Part shown: piece after piece, positions 50,220 to 64,000 of the stretch
Position numbering within the stretch: the stretch's first letter is position 1
Layout: each line of letters begins with the position of its first letter
Assembly (NCBI RefSeq): GCF_964355755.1
Contig: NC_092678.1
Span: forward strand, 16,659,881 to 16,723,880
Reading direction: 5' to 3'
Length of the DNA: 64,000 nucleotides
From: Antedon mediterranea
Taxonomy: Eukaryota > Animalia > Echinodermata
Notes under the pieces: generated by a model
The model's input: the letters and a program-made list of their open reading frames with translations, nothing else
What the model was told of the DNA's origin: nothing
Database searches by the model: none
Position numbers and translations under genes: made by a program

Positions 50220-53055
50220 ATAAGACCCACCAAGACGGTTGGTCCTCCCCTCCCATTGAATTCGCCTCTGAATTTTGTCACATTATAGTTACTCAACAGT
50301 TATTTTACCTTCTTTTAATTACTCTGGGATAACAATCCTGTCAGTCCCACTACAACTCTGTATGCAAAGCCGTGTAGGCCTACGTCACCAGTTAAGTTAA
50401 GTAACTAAATCTTATTCACATCGCTTCTAGATCTTAGTTAGCGTATATCGTACAAAGTTTAGAATTATTGTAGATAACATAATGCAAGCAACATCAGTAA
50501 CAGACTCATAATTTATTAGGTAGGCCTATAGGCCTGGTGATACGATTTATCTAATCAATTTTGTAAATTGTCTAAAAGCAATATCATAATTTAATGAAGA
50601 CCACCGAAAACAAGTATAAGTTGGAAAGAATCATAGAGGTAAGTTGAATTCGCGAAAACGAGTGAGTGAACTTACGGAATTGCGTAAAATCGTCAAGGAA
50701 TCAGTACAGAATTACGTAACAAGATGTTTATCTTTAGCGTTATCATGTTGTTGGTTGTTGTACCGTTTTCAAGCTGTTCTAGTCGTGAGTATGCTTTCAA
50801 GTACTTCAACTTGTTTTACTTTTTATCTTAGAATTGATTTAAAGTCGTAATTCTCCACAATTTTACACAGTCGTTTCTTCCTTGAACAATTCCCCACCGT
50901 AATTCTCTTTCTACAGAAAACATAGTAACAACAATTGCCCGACTGATTTGAAAACAACTTATAGACCTAATGTGTGGATTGAAAATTTTAATTCTCTGAA
51001 ATTTTACACAATCATTTCAATCTTAACCAACCGTAATTCTCTTCTACAGAAAACTGGTTAATTCTGTAAAACATATTAAAAACAACAATTGCCCGACTAG
51101 TTTTTTTTAACTTTTTAAATAAACAACGTTTGAGAGTTCATTGGAAATCGTAATTCGCTTCAATTTTACACAAATTAATGTTTTATCTCTCTTTATCAAT
51201 CGTGATTCTCTTTCTACATAACATAGGCCTACTAAAAAGTGTATGACTATGAGTTAAATATTAACATGAACAGACGATTGTGAATGTGTATGTAATTTTA
51301 CATAAGTAAAGAAGAAGACGATAGGCATGTTATTTGTAAATTTGATTTACCTGGTAGAAGTAGTCGCTGTTGTTTGTTTTTATCCATGTTTCACCCACAT
51401 TTGTAGAACACCAAGCTTTTGCGCATGTGCAGATTCAGGTTTTGGTGTAAGAGTAGATTTGGTGCTGACTTTCCTTGTTCGGTTAAAACTGGACACCTGG
51501 TAAACGGAAATCGCTAACCATTATTATTTACCGAAATTCATTGAAATCAAATTAATAGGTAATTCATAAAATGGCATGCATTCTATACGGACACCTAACA
51601 TAAAGCACACTCACCCAAAAGTAATTAAAAAAAATAATTGTTATTCCTGTATTTAATAGAAATACCTACGTTAAGCGGACAATTCACGTAATCGTACACT
51701 TTCTTATAATAATTTGTACAAAATACTGAAAATACATTACTGAACCAATATTATTGTACACTAATGAATATGTTATAATAAGAACGCCAAGAAAATTGAA
51801 AGGATCTCCCTCTGCGCTTTTACACCACGAAAACTACTCTATATATACAACGGAAACATGTAGGCTTACATAGCCTACAGCATTCATTATTAATGATACT
51901 TTGTTTACAATCGAAATTGAATAAAATGTTCGGTCTTGTCTTATATTTAAAAAGTCCAGTGTTTTAAAATTGATAATCATAAACCAGAAAAAGAAAGGGT
52001 TTAGTAGTGGTTTAATGTGCGACCAACTTAGTAACAAACACTCGTTATCCAAAATTTGTACTTTTTATTGTGGTAAGCATAAAGCAGATTAAATAAGAAA
52101 TATTTCTTACAAAAAACGCTGCTCGCTTATTGAAAAATATTTTTTATTTCAAATGTTTTTGAATGTGTCATTTTATTGTCACATAATAGTTATTTTACCT
52201 GAAAAAATGTAATTTAAAGCAACAAATACTTAAATTGTCTGTCAGGCAGACAATGGTTTTTGGGTTTCTTTTCTCTTTTTATATGTGAATAAATATTATT
52301 TTTTTGTTACAGAAGTAAATACTCAATATCTGTCACTTTAGTTAATTTCATTGCTAAGGTCAAGTCTGGGGGTCACTTCATCACCTTAGATATTTCAAGT
52401 GTGAAGTATCATATTACAGACACAAACTTTAATGGACTGTTTCGATAATAATTCAATGAATATCTGACAGTAAATTACAATCAAAAGTCATAAATACCAC
52501 AAATGCTTTGGGATTTGTAATTTTAGCATGACATGTCCTAATACGTTTTCTGGGTCTACAGTAGGTACCATAGCAGCTGGAAATCTATAAATTATAGTCG
52601 AGTTTCCATTTTCGCAAAACTGTCGTCCTTAGAACTATAACTGCTGCTTGCTTTAGCTTCTGATTAAGTAGTCCTAATGGGACGTAGCGGACTAGAGCAG
52701 CAGCATGAAAAATGTATAAACATTGACACTACTTAACTGTGATATATGTGTAATGCTTGTATCTGTAATGGTATAGGCCAAAATGATGACGTATAATAGT
52801 GACGACGATGATAATTGGATATAAATAAAACATTAATTTGACTGAATATTATAATATCATTATGAAAGATAAATTATTAAAATCATTGTTCGGATGTTAT
52901 AACATAATATGCCTACTCATGCCTACTTTATTAGATTATTTCACAAAATCTGTTGTGAATATTTCATATTGACATGTTTAAAACAAATGTTCAAGATACT
53001 GAGCAGAAGGCCTACAAGTTATGCATTATCGAAGGTCAACGATGGCTTTCCAACT

Positions 53056-53250
53056 CTCTGATTCGCACTGATTCGCTCTGATTCGCTATGAATCGCTCTG
53101 GTTCGCTCTGATTCGCACTGATTCGCTCTGATTCGCTATGAATCGCTCTGATTCGCTCTGATTCGCACTGATTCGCTCTGATTCGCACTGATTTGCTCTG
53201 GTTCGCTCTGATTCGCTCTGATTCGCACTGATTCGCTCTGATTCGCTTTG
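53056..53250. repeat. 10-bp minisatellite (attcgctctg)n, about 19 copies
   Basis: Directly visible. Confidence 0.97.
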
Positions 53251-53625
53251 ATACTTTTTGTTGGTTATTTATTCTACACTACATCAGTACAAATACAATT
53301 GCATGATTTTTTATTTCTTTAATAATCCACAATTTTTTTTAAAGGGATAAAATACGCCGGCAATCCGCATATGCATACCAGTCACTTTAATAAGTATTCT
53401 GCATTTCTAAAAGCTAATATTGTTCAGAAATATATAGGTCAATTTTGCAAAATGAAATGATAACATTTAATCTCTTAAAATGAAAATCAGTATATTTAAA
53501 TCTCATTCTAATCTGATCTAATCCGCTTCTCGAGATGAATTTACTGCTACTTTTTATGCTATTAGTCATAATATAATAATGATTATAATATTTATTATTA
53601 TCGAACTAATTCTACATTTTTGCAG

Positions 53626-53967
53626 AATGTAACAGGGATATTCATCTTGAATCTGAGAACTCATCATATGTATTTTGGTCTCCTAATTATCCGAAGAACT
53701 ACGACAACAATTTAAACTGTGAATGGATGGTTACAACCTCTCCAGAGTTGTTAATTCATCTTGAGTTCAACGAAGTTCAACTGGAAGATGGATATGATTA
53801 TTTGAAAATAGCATTTGCAGAAAATGAATATAATTTTAAGTTTACAGGTTCAATATTTGATTCTCTAGTTTCCACCAACAACACAATGTGGATTGCTTTA
53901 TCTACTGATAAGACTGTAACAAAGAGAGGATTTAATGCAACAGTTACAGCAGTAATTGTTACACAAG
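53626..53967 (+). CDS. CUB-domain exon of a CUB-LRR gene (possibly a GRL101/LGR-like receptor; 5' and 3' ends not located)
   Basis: tttgcag|..|gtaaat, phase 1-1; C..SPNYPKNYDNNLNCEW..LEF..LEDGYDYL..STD..KRGFNA. Confidence 0.9.
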
Positions 53968-54539
53968 GTAAATAAACGTTGACCAAATTTAACAAAATAT
54001 TTTAAAATAATTGAATTGGTTCAAACATGTATTCACATTTTAGGCTAACCTGTGAGTTTACACGCATCAAAAATAAGTGAAATGAAAATTAGATAAGGAT
54101 ATATCTCTCTCCGGAGAAGGTAGACAAGGAGCCAACGCTATGATGGTGCATTGTTATAGACTATACCAATATTTCCATCGGCAGACGAAATTGGACACTG
54201 AATTGAGAGACCTTTGAAGTAACAAGAGATTTCTTTTGTAATCAATATTTATCCAGTGTGCTGCAAATCCACACATCCAAAATTAAAGATGTACAACAGC
54301 AGTGTTTTAAAAAAAATGATATTAGTTCATGATATCTTTGAAGAATTAAGATACATCTGCATTTTAAACAACGTCCAGTCCTACTAAAGAGCCAAGTCAT
54401 ATACCAGTAATAGTTAAATGACAAACATAGTTAATACATAGTTAATTTTGTTGCTATTTTTAAATCAGTGTTTTACTGTCCATTTAAGTAAATTCGAAAC
54501 TATTAACTAGCTATTTTAACAATCATATTTTTTTTACAG

Positions 54540-54672
54540 AACAATTATTCCTAACACAGATATGTCCAATCAAATGCACGTGTTCATTAAGCTATTTAAG
54601 ATGTCAGAAATATATTAATAAAACAGCAAAATCCGTCAGGAACTACAACAATCATCAACCAATAACATTCTT
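54540..54672 (+). CDS. LRR N-terminal cap (LRRNT) exon
   Basis: ttacag|..|gtaagt, phase 1-2; ICPIKCTCSLSYLRC. Confidence 0.85.
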
Positions 54673-56142
54673 GTAAGTATCATCCAAGAACCTGTTTTGT
54701 GCAAAGCGTAGTTACATTGAAACGTTAATCGCAGTTACGTTATTTTTACAGTGTATATTATTTTTTTTTAAATATTATAATTTATAATATTTTTATTATT
54801 ATAGAAATGAGAATCATACAACGGAAAATTTAAATTAGATAATGTAACATTGAAACGTTGATCGCAGTTACGTTATTTCTTAAGCTTATATTTTAAAAAA
54901 TAGTTTATTATGATTATATTATTTGATTTAAAATTATAGAAATGAAAGTGATACAACGAAAAATTAAAATTAGTTAATAGTAAAAATTATATATAGATAC
55001 AGGACTAGCGTAAACGAATCATTCCAATTAGCACCATCCACACAAAACCTCGATTTCAGTCCGTGGTTCATTTTCGATACGTAAGTTCCATAAATCGGTT
55101 GATACATTACATTTACGGATTGAACGGCCTGCGGGTCAAAGTTTTATTTTACACATTCCATGCCATCTTCTTGGACTATTTATTTTTTTAAAATTTGTTT
55201 GGCTAATAAAGAAATGAGATACATCGTGTACCGGTACTCATTTGAATAACAAATGTGTTTCCAAAATGCCCCTCATCTTGTCACTATCTCAAATCGTAAC
55301 AAATAGAATAATACAATCGTGGGAGAACAGAATTAAAAAATCCTCAATTGAAAAACCAGCATTGCACCGCGCAATTAACCACGGGAACAGGCAATATTAT
55401 TATTACACAGTGGGTTAACTCATAAAGTAACGGATGTTAGAATCAAAGGCACTAAATAACGATTAATATGTACATGCAATTTTATTATTATTTTGGCACT
55501 TGACGATAATATTCATAATTAAAAAAACTCTTTGAATTGGATCGATGTGTGAGTGTGTGTAGATGCACCGTTTGATCTCATCGAGCTAGTTATCAGATAA
55601 CATCTATATTCTGTATAGGCCTACATTTCTTTATCTATCGTTTTGTTATACACTTTAATTATTGTAGACTACATACCCTCAGATTACATCAGCTGTGTTG
55701 GTTTGAGTCTAAACATGTACTATTTTGTCTCTATTCTATAACAAATAAGTTACCCATACTGTTGCTACGTTTCTGCTTATAGCAAGGGATCGATTATTTA
55801 TCAATTGCCCTAAGATATATTAAAATGTTGATATATCTCTCAGTCTTAGAAACGTTTTTCCTGTTAGTGATTATATAAACTAACGATCTATTCCTGACGT
55901 ATTACGTACACTCAATGAATACATTTTGTATTTTATTTTGAATAAAATGTTATTGTTTGTACCGTTATCGACTCTCTTTAGGTTTCACTGACACGTAATA
56001 CACAATAATAGTACATTACAGACAAAGGGTTTTACCTTCACTAATTCATCCACTGACATATAAACACCAAACTGTAACTATCCCTAAAGAAGAAAATTTC
56101 AACTCATGAACTGTTATTTTACCAACTATTTTTATTTTGAAG

Positions 56143-56198
56143 GGATTTAGAAAGTAACGGCAAAATGCATTTGTTGGTTTGACGTCATTGGTTACACT
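56143..56198 (+). pseudogene. Defective LRR exon (56 nt rather than 72)
   Basis: gaag|g DLESN..NAFVGLTSLVTL|gtaagt, with the two halves out of frame (16 nt short). Confidence 0.7.
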
Positions 56199-57776
56199 GT
56201 AAGTGTTTTTCCCCATTTTTTTTTCTTACTTGTAAAAATTCAAATAAATCATGTTAATTGTGAAATTATACATTTAACGGTAGGTTAAACTGTTTAATTT
56301 TACTTCTAAAATTATGGTACGTTAGAGTCTGTTAATTAAAGTGAAGCGTTATGGTGGTATGACTGTGAACAATAACAACTTCTTTGATTTATTCTTTATT
56401 GTCAAAGCGGATAAAAGGGTATGTTAGTTGATGATTTTAAGTTTTATTAGGTTAAGTGTTTTCCTTAAATCCACCGATGTTATTCTTCCAGGTGTTGATC
56501 CTTACATACGTATTATTTTGATATAGAAAAAAACCCTTCGTATCTTTCAGTATCTGCTTAAATTATTAAACAAATGATGTGCGAGTATGTAGCGGCGCTA
56601 TAAAAAAAATAATTCGTTAACCTACGAAAACTACCTAATCTAGACAAACATCCAAAGATCTACTTTATCGATAAACTTTACATTTTTTTGTTCATATTAT
56701 TATAGGCTAACGTTCGTATTGTTATGGACCTTCTATAGGTAAAATAAATAAAACAATAATTATCCTAGAAGAATTGAAATTAAAAAAAAAACAGCTCTAC
56801 AGTTGCACAGTGGGTTAACCTAGGCCTAATATGGACCTAATAAATATCATAAATAAAGGCACTAAGATATGTGCGTATCATTTTGATTTTGAGGCTTCCT
56901 ACGTTCGTAAATTATAGCTTGGGATCATGTTGTATCATTACGTGACCGCCAAATGCCTGGACATCGTTTTGCTGTATATTTAGGTAGTTTATTCAAAAGA
57001 TCGACGACCAAGCAATGGTTAGGATGCTCCTTTTAAGTTACTAAAATGCCTTTGTCCAACTTAAAACTAACTAACGCTAAGTACCAACATCAACGACGTG
57101 TTCAGCGATTAGCAAAATGTCCCGTCATAACATAATAGGTTCATTTTTTCAACGGAAAGGCCTAATAATAGAAGTTTTTTTTAGAACATGAACCACATGA
57201 AAGCGTTTACATTGGTATAGGAAAATCTATTCTTTATATGAACAATTACTTAATGGCATGGTAAGGCTGTTTTGAAAGTTCATACCCAAATATTTCGATA
57301 AACGTGACGCAATGTTCCCGGATATAACTTCATGCGTAACATCAATCGACGTTTTGGGAAACGTTTAAATTCAATTTAAGTATATTACTAATACTTTTAC
57401 AACGTTTTTGCTCATGTATAATAACGGCTTGACTGTTTATCAATTAAGTTTCAGATGAATGACAGCAGACGAGTTTGATGTCTATCTCTCCATCTTAGAA
57501 CCCTAACACTATTCGATTAATACACTTTACATTTTTATTTGTGTAATAACCGAACGTTCGTAACGTTATCTCGGTCATAATATTAATTTCCACTGACACC
57601 TATTCTATACATTGTTTTAATAAGTGGCACATTTGCGTAATAACCGAACCAACATATTGTTATCACTGGCAAATACGCAAATGTAACTATTTTTTGGCCC
57701 CAATCAAAGACGACATCCTTAAAAACAGCTCGTGAATGTTTTATTACTAACTGCTGTACGTTTTTTGTTGTTGAAG

Positions 57777-57848
57777 CTCTTTACACGACAACGACTTACA
57801 ATCATTGCCTGCAAATGTATTTGATGGTTTGAAATCTTTGCAGACGCT
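57777..57848 (+). CDS. 72-nt LRR exon
   Basis: SLHDNDLQSLPANVFDGLKSLQTL, AG/GT boundaries, phase 2-2. Confidence 0.9.
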
Positions 57849-58267
57849 GTAAGTGTTTTTTCTTATAATGTTATACTTCAAAAAAATGTCAATGCTGCAG
57901 ATTTACATTGCAAATTAATCATGAAATTAGACATGATATATGATATGTGTAGGTGTACAGTTTGAACAGTGTAAATTTACTTAGGAAAAACTAAAATTAT
58001 AAGTCTAGTTTATTTGATTTAACTTTTAGCTTTGTTTACTTAAAAATATATCCTAACAAATGACAGTACATAATTAATATGGAGTACACTACTCACGTCA
58101 ATATTGATTGTTGACCACCAAGAAACCAGTTTTAAAACGTTATTTTTGTAATCAATTTCATATGATTCTATGAGTCTATTCAAATAATAATGTGATCGCT
58201 TTATCATAAAAGATTGGGTGTAGTATATTCTGATACTTTTATTACGTTGGTACTGACAATGCAATCA

Positions 58268-58462
58268 AGTAACTACATAAGCTGGGAGGCTATTTTCGTT
58301 ACTACATAAGCTGTTGACCGTTTCTACATCATAGTTGGTGTTGATTTTTATTTACTACATAAGCTGTTGGGGTTTCTACATTAGCTGGAGGTTTTACTTA
58401 TTAGTGGGTGGATTGTTCTACATTAACGGTTGTTTCGACATTAGCTGGAGTTTTCTACATTG
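58268..58462. repeat. Degenerate ~27-30-bp intronic tandem repeat
   Basis: The core ctacat(a/t)agctg recurs about 7 times. Confidence 0.65.
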
Positions 58463-58543
58463 TAACAGAGCACTCTTTTTTGGTTGTTTACTGTACCTTG
58501 AAACTATACATATCATTATTATACCTTTTTTCACGGTTTTCAG

Positions 58544-58615
58544 GGATTTGGGCAGTAATCAAATAACAACATTACCATCAAATGTGTTTGGTGGTTTGAC
58601 ATCATTGATAGGACT
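58544..58615 (+). CDS. 72-nt LRR exon
   Basis: DLGSNQITTLPSNVFGGLTSLIGL; ttttcag|..|gtgagt. Confidence 0.9.
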
Positions 58616-58761
58616 GTGAGTGCTTCGTTTTGTTTATCATACTTTTGAAAATAGTATATTTTCGTTACTTGTTATGCTTTACAATTACAGAATATTCATT
58701 CAAATCTAAAATAATATATCAGGTGTTTTTTGTTGTTTTTTTATTATTATTATTATCTTAA

Positions 58762-59285
58762 AGATGTTTTTTCCCTTGAAACACAAACAAAATGAAGGTA
58801 AAAATATTTAAATTGGCCATATCAAATTATTATTAAAGTTATTCACTTTAAGTCGAAAATTCGAGCCAAAAACAACAATTTTACGTAATTAACAGCTTTA
58901 TTTTGATTACATTGTCTGGAAAATCGTCGCGAGCAAAAGTAAACACAGATTTCAAACTATGAGTACGCATTATGCATGATGCTAATTAGGATTGTTTACA
59001 ACTCGTCACGGTGGTGTTTTCACACAGATTCCGAGGAAGTTTTATGATTAATACATACAGAGTAGCCAAATAAGCGGGTTGCATTATGAGATATGTTTTG
59101 ATCGAAAACTTTGACTGGAAGTCAAAGTTATTTTTTGAACCAAAAAACATCTGTATTTCAGTTAAATGATTTCGACTAATTTTTTGTGAAAGTTAATAAC
59201 TATTTATACTTCAAAATGAGCCACTTTTTTCGAAATCTTTTTTTTTAATTTTTTTTTTGGAATTTGACAAAGGGACAATACATCT
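58762..59285. mobile_element. Kolobok-like MITE
   Basis: TTAA duplication; TIRs agatgttttttccctt / aagggacaatacatct. Confidence 0.65.
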
Positions 59286-60935
59286 TTAATGATATAATAT
59301 AATAACATCTGTAATATTTTACCACAATGTAGTTTGCTTGGATTCGGTTGTTGTATTACAGTACGGTAATTTGTTATTATAACTGGTATGTTTTATTAAA
59401 TGAGAAATTACATAATAATTATAAAATGCATATTAATTCATCATTCATAAGAGTTTGCAGAAAATATGTCACACTATGTTCAACGCTGTGATAATAAAAA
59501 CTAATTTACAAATCATGTAATTCTTTAATAACTGCACCACTACTAGCATGGTAAGGAACATTTCGCATTATGTTACAATTATACAATTCGTATAAAATCA
59601 GTAGTACTGTGTTATATCTATCGACAAGTTTCTGAAAGGATTTAGCTATTAGACAATATATATGTCTCTACGGTACCTTATCCATGTGTACAAGATACAA
59701 TTTTTGCCTCACAAAATTGTACAGTCACATTTCAGAAGGTGGTCAAAGCTAAGACCTCCATTCCAAGCCGAAGTAACGTCTAACATACACCTGATTATTG
59801 GTAGTGTATTTCGATTTCTCTAGTATCACAGTATTCACATGTTTCATATGTATCACCTACTATAATAGACTATAACCTAATTCATAAGCTAATGATACAT
59901 GCAAAACATGTGATATACGTGAGGCTTTGTATTACCAAATTATCCTATATACTGGGGAAATAATTGTCATACGTGAAGACTGAGAACAGGGTAACATAAT
60001 GGGCATTTCAGACGCACGACGTTAAGTTTGCGTTCACATGTTCAAGTTTCTCTATGTGGTTGTCCACACGAGAAGGAATGCTCGACATTGTTCCATTCAC
60101 CTAAAATATGCTGCAATAGTGTAATAAGCTTATTGAGCACGCGGAACAAATGTTATATATCTCTTATGAAATCGTCATCGGTCATGAGATGCATCTGTTA
60201 CGTAGGCCCTGCCCGTATATCGTTATCGGTATTTAGGTGAATTTAGGACGTATCAATTGTATCGGCACAAATGTGAAAATAATCATCCTTATAATTATCG
60301 AAAATGTAGTATGCCATTATTCATAAACTTTGTGTCTCTTTTTGTATATTCGTCGTTTTGTTCCGCATACAATTGTATCGGCTGAACAATGTGTTTCAAC
60401 CAGGGAGCTCAGCTGTGTAGTGCTTTGAATCAGGTTTATTTTCTGGCAAAGTTTTACACTAAGCCGAATACTAATTATTGTATTTTTACATTAATACTTC
60501 TAAAGTATCTGTTTCATGTGCAATACGTGCAAGCGTAATATCTTTCATTTTGTTCTTCTATGATGAAATAATCCTACAATGAAAAATAAAATAGCAGAAC
60601 GAATGCATCATCTTCATTTAATAATATGGTAATAAGGACCAAAGTAACATCAACAAGTATTATTTTTTTCCTTGTACACATTTTAGTGACTTTTTGATGA
60701 CTTGGTTCACCTTGGAATGTTGGAATGGCACACTTAATCGGCTACAAAAGCTCTTTGGTTCTTTTAGCACAATAATACAGCTATCTGTGTTTTCAAGAAT
60801 AAAAAAATAAATAAATGTTGATCGTAATGTACCTGGGAACTGTAGTAATTATTATTTAACGCATTGTTCACGGTTTCAGGTACTATCCTTTGGTACTGTG
60901 TATACTTATTTATATTATTTTTCCACGGTTTTCAG

Positions 60936-61007
60936 GGGTTTATCCTTTAACCAGATAACTACAATACCAGCAAATGTGTTTGATGGTTTGACATCATTGA
61001 CAGTACT
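60936..61007 (+). CDS. 72-nt LRR exon
   Basis: GLSFNQITTIPANVFDGLTSLTVL; ttttcag|..|gtgagt. Confidence 0.9.
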
Positions 61008-61675
61008 GTGAGTGCTTTCTATTGTTTATCATACTTTTGAAAATAGTATATTTTCGTTATAATATACATTTATTTCATTTGTAGGCTAATCCTTTGCAAT
61101 ACTGGATTATTTTTTTATGATTGATGTAACCGTTATTCTATAACATAGGCTCCTGTAGTTGTATTGTGTGTATTGATGCTTGGATTCGTTAGTTTTACAG
61201 TAAATTATTATTATCACTTACATGTTATTGAATGAAAAGTAATGTAATTATGACATACATCGGTTATTTATCCCTCCGTACGGAGGAATAGCACTATTTC
61301 TTTCTTCGCACGCGCAAAAAATCGGACCTTATTTTGATTGTAGGTCCAGATACATTATTCACGTTATCCGTCCGTAATATTAACCTAAGTTAAAATGTAA
61401 ACATACCATTTTCCTAAGTTTAGCCATTTTTCTGATTTTCAAGTTTTTTATTCTCTTTATTTCTTCCCTCATGTTGTATGGTTCAGTAATAGCTTGCTTG
61501 TGAGGTGATAATTCGTGTGTCAGAGAAAGTCTAAATCGGCAAAATGATGAAAACAATTACATAACTGTACTATGAAATATAGCAGAAAAACTGGATTGTT
61601 ATTCTAGTTATTGTATTGTTATATAGTAGTATCACTATACTTCTTGGAAATGTGTGTATATTGATTTATTTGCAG

Positions 61676-61750
61676 GTATTTAAATGACAACGGTATAACT
61701 ACCATAGAACAAGGTGCATTTTCTGCGTTTGCTTCGTCACTGTTAAAACT
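61676..61750 (+). CDS. 75-nt LRR exon
   Basis: YLNDNGITTIEQGAFSAFASSLLKL; ttgcag|..|gtaagt. Confidence 0.88.
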
Positions 61751-62681
61751 GTAAGTTAATACTTAACTGTGTAGCAGTCTAATAATCTAAATGCAGTTGT
61801 TTGTATGCATGCTCTAAACAATTCATTGGACTACCAAATTCTATTTTACATACAACACACTACGTATCGTAGACATAGCAAGAAAAAAGTTAACATTTTT
61901 TAATAGTTCGAAATACACGTATGCTTTAGGCCACTGGCTTTGGACACCGACTCGTACGGTTGTACGTTTATAGGAAATAAACAACGACAACAGTTTCTCC
62001 TCCTACCTCTACACACTGCATTCATTTCAAGTACATTGGACCGTATTAAACACATTGTTACGATGTCATATAAATCTTAATCCAATATAAAGATAAGTCA
62101 AAACTAGGGTGAATCTAGAACAAATTGCAAAATAATTTGTTTTTTGGTTTGTCTGTTGATATTGTTAAAATGAACATCATCTAAAGTTAACCAAAAGGAA
62201 AATAATATTATTAAATTTAAATTAAAGTATATGACGTCATAAGCTAGTTAAAACTATCTGTTTTGTAATGAAATTAGTTTAATTTATTGTAAATATAATA
62301 GTAATAACATAGGCTTATATAGTATCTAAAATGAACTGATGGAAAAAAATAGTATAATATGCCTTACCTTGTCGATTAGCAAATTATCAAATATACTACT
62401 TCAAATCTAGGTTTCCACTACTTGACGGCGTAGGAAAAACGCAAATAAGTTGACACATCCCGTTCGGATGACCTATTATGTTATGTCGTATAGTCAAATT
62501 ACTTCCTTTTACGTCCTTGCGTTAAGTGTGAACAAAGACAACCAATCACCTTACGGTTAGTAACGCACACGGTTTAACCAGGAATGAGAAATGTCCACAG
62601 CGACCCCAACTTAACGTTGGCCTTTTTCATGACCTAGCACCACTACATCTTTACTTTTACGATTCTCAAATGTTTTTGCAG

Positions 62682-62753
62682 GTTGATACAAGGCAACGGA
62701 TTAAAAAAATACAAAGATAGTACTTTTGAAAACTTGATCAACTTAAACGAATT
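62682..62753 (+). CDS. 72-nt LRR exon
   Basis: LIQGNGLKKYKDSTFENLINLNEL; ttgcag|..|gtaagt. Confidence 0.85.
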
Positions 62754-62774
62754 GTAAGTATTCACATGGCTTTT

Positions 62775-63365
62775 TAACTTCCAATGACTACCAATTTGCA
62801 TTTAAAGCGAAAAACTCGACTGATACGTGTATCTTTGTATTAAAACATGTAATTGACTACTACAATTAAAAACTAACTAAAGCTAAACTAAACTAAACTA
62901 TTAACAATGTTATTAATCTTTGATAAATTGCTCAAATGTTGGTATGAGAAACAGAGTTTTATGATACGTTGGGGAAACTCTGTTTCCAATGCATTTACAG
63001 TATCCATTGGGAGTTAGTCAGGGTGGGGTTATGTCCCCTTTTCTTTATAACATATATATTAGTACTCTTAATTGTAGACCAAGTGGTTTGTATCAGGGTT
63101 GCCAACGTAGAAACATCTTGAACCATCTTAGTTATGCGGATGATCTTGTTCTACTTCCCCCCTCAGTTGCTGGCTTCCAGCAATTGGTACATGATTGTGA
63201 AGAGTTTTCGCAAGAGAATGATATTTTATTTAATAATCTTTAGATCTTGCTGTATTAATATGTATTGTGCAGCCCTTTGGTGTATCTATCGTATGAAGAA
63301 TATTAGATCTCTTAATGTATGTTACAATAATGCTCTGCGCTGTATACTTAATGTCTCTATAAGTG
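62775..63365 (+). mobile_element. Decayed non-LTR retrotransposon reverse-transcriptase fragment
   Basis: NQFAFKAKNSTDTCIFVLKHVIDYY, GVSQGGVMSPFLYNIY and NHLSYADDLVLL, with deletions and frameshifts. Confidence 0.85.
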
Positions 63366-63371
63366 TCTTTA

Positions 63372-63550
63372 AGCTTGGTTCCCACTAGAACGTAACGCAA
63401 GGACGTAAACGCAACGCAAGCGTTTTAACCAATGACAAGCGAAGTTATAGACAGTTAGCAATCACAAGCGAATAAGCCATCGCTTGTGATTGGTCAATTC
63501 ACTTGCGTTGCGTTACGTCCTTGCGTTACGTCGCTAGTGGGAACCACGCT
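63372..63550. mobile_element. PIF/Harbinger-type MITE
   Basis: TIRs agcttggttcccactag / ctagtgggaaccacgct with extended internal symmetry and a TTA duplication. Confidence 0.8.
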
Positions 63551-64000
63551 TTAATGAGTACATTAGTAGAAAATCTACCTATGGTTTCATGCAATGTATG
63601 TTGAATAGTGGTAACACATTTGTTGCTTGTGTTTGCAAACATATGCTCCATAACTCCAAAATGTATTGTAGATGGAGAAGCACTCTATATACTTAAGTCT
63701 AGAGTTTACGATTTTTCTTTTTCTGTTGATGATTTTATTATTAATATGGATGATATTTCCGAAATAAAAAGAAATTAAATTGAATTGAAAGCTAGAATCA
63801 TCTCCAAAGGTGTGCAATTTATTAATATATACAATCCATGAACAAAGATAGAAAAAAGTTTATATATTGATATTGTTATTGGTTCAAATTGGTTAAATTA
63901 ACTTAAACAAATAGAATTTCACATAAAATATAAGATAACTTAATTCTATAAGTATTCAAAGTGAATAACTGTCATGTGATATCAAAATAGCATATTCAAC

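Noticed and set aside
45800-52450. Candidate upstream exons of the CUB-LRR gene (near 46467 and 52312)
   Set aside because: No combination of splice sites and open frame with a convincing signal peptide or domain was found.

Overview
AT-rich metazoan genomic DNA with spliceosomal introns, LINE/SINE/MITE/Helitron debris and no prokaryotic hallmarks; a marine invertebrate, possibly an echinoderm, is an inference only. It has three parts. (1) About 2.4-26 kb is a tandem, segmentally duplicated cluster of three single-coding-exon Ig-superfamily genes: two secreted-type 2-Ig copies and one disrupted 3-Ig+TM copy. (2) 28239-44487 is a ~16.2 kb quasi-palindromic Polinton/Maverick-related element. 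It is bounded by AGTAGT...ACTACT and carries two convergent, spliced, protein-primed PolB genes, but no recognisable integrase, capsid, ATPase or protease gene. The two arms meet in a branched imperfect hairpin at ~35881, arm identity rises toward that centre, and repeats downstream of each polB are exactly antisense (18 nt) to one site in its own coding sequence. This element is the best candidate for an undescribed system. (3) 53.6-62.8 kb holds internal exons of a CUB + LRR gene expanding by 72-nt exon duplication.
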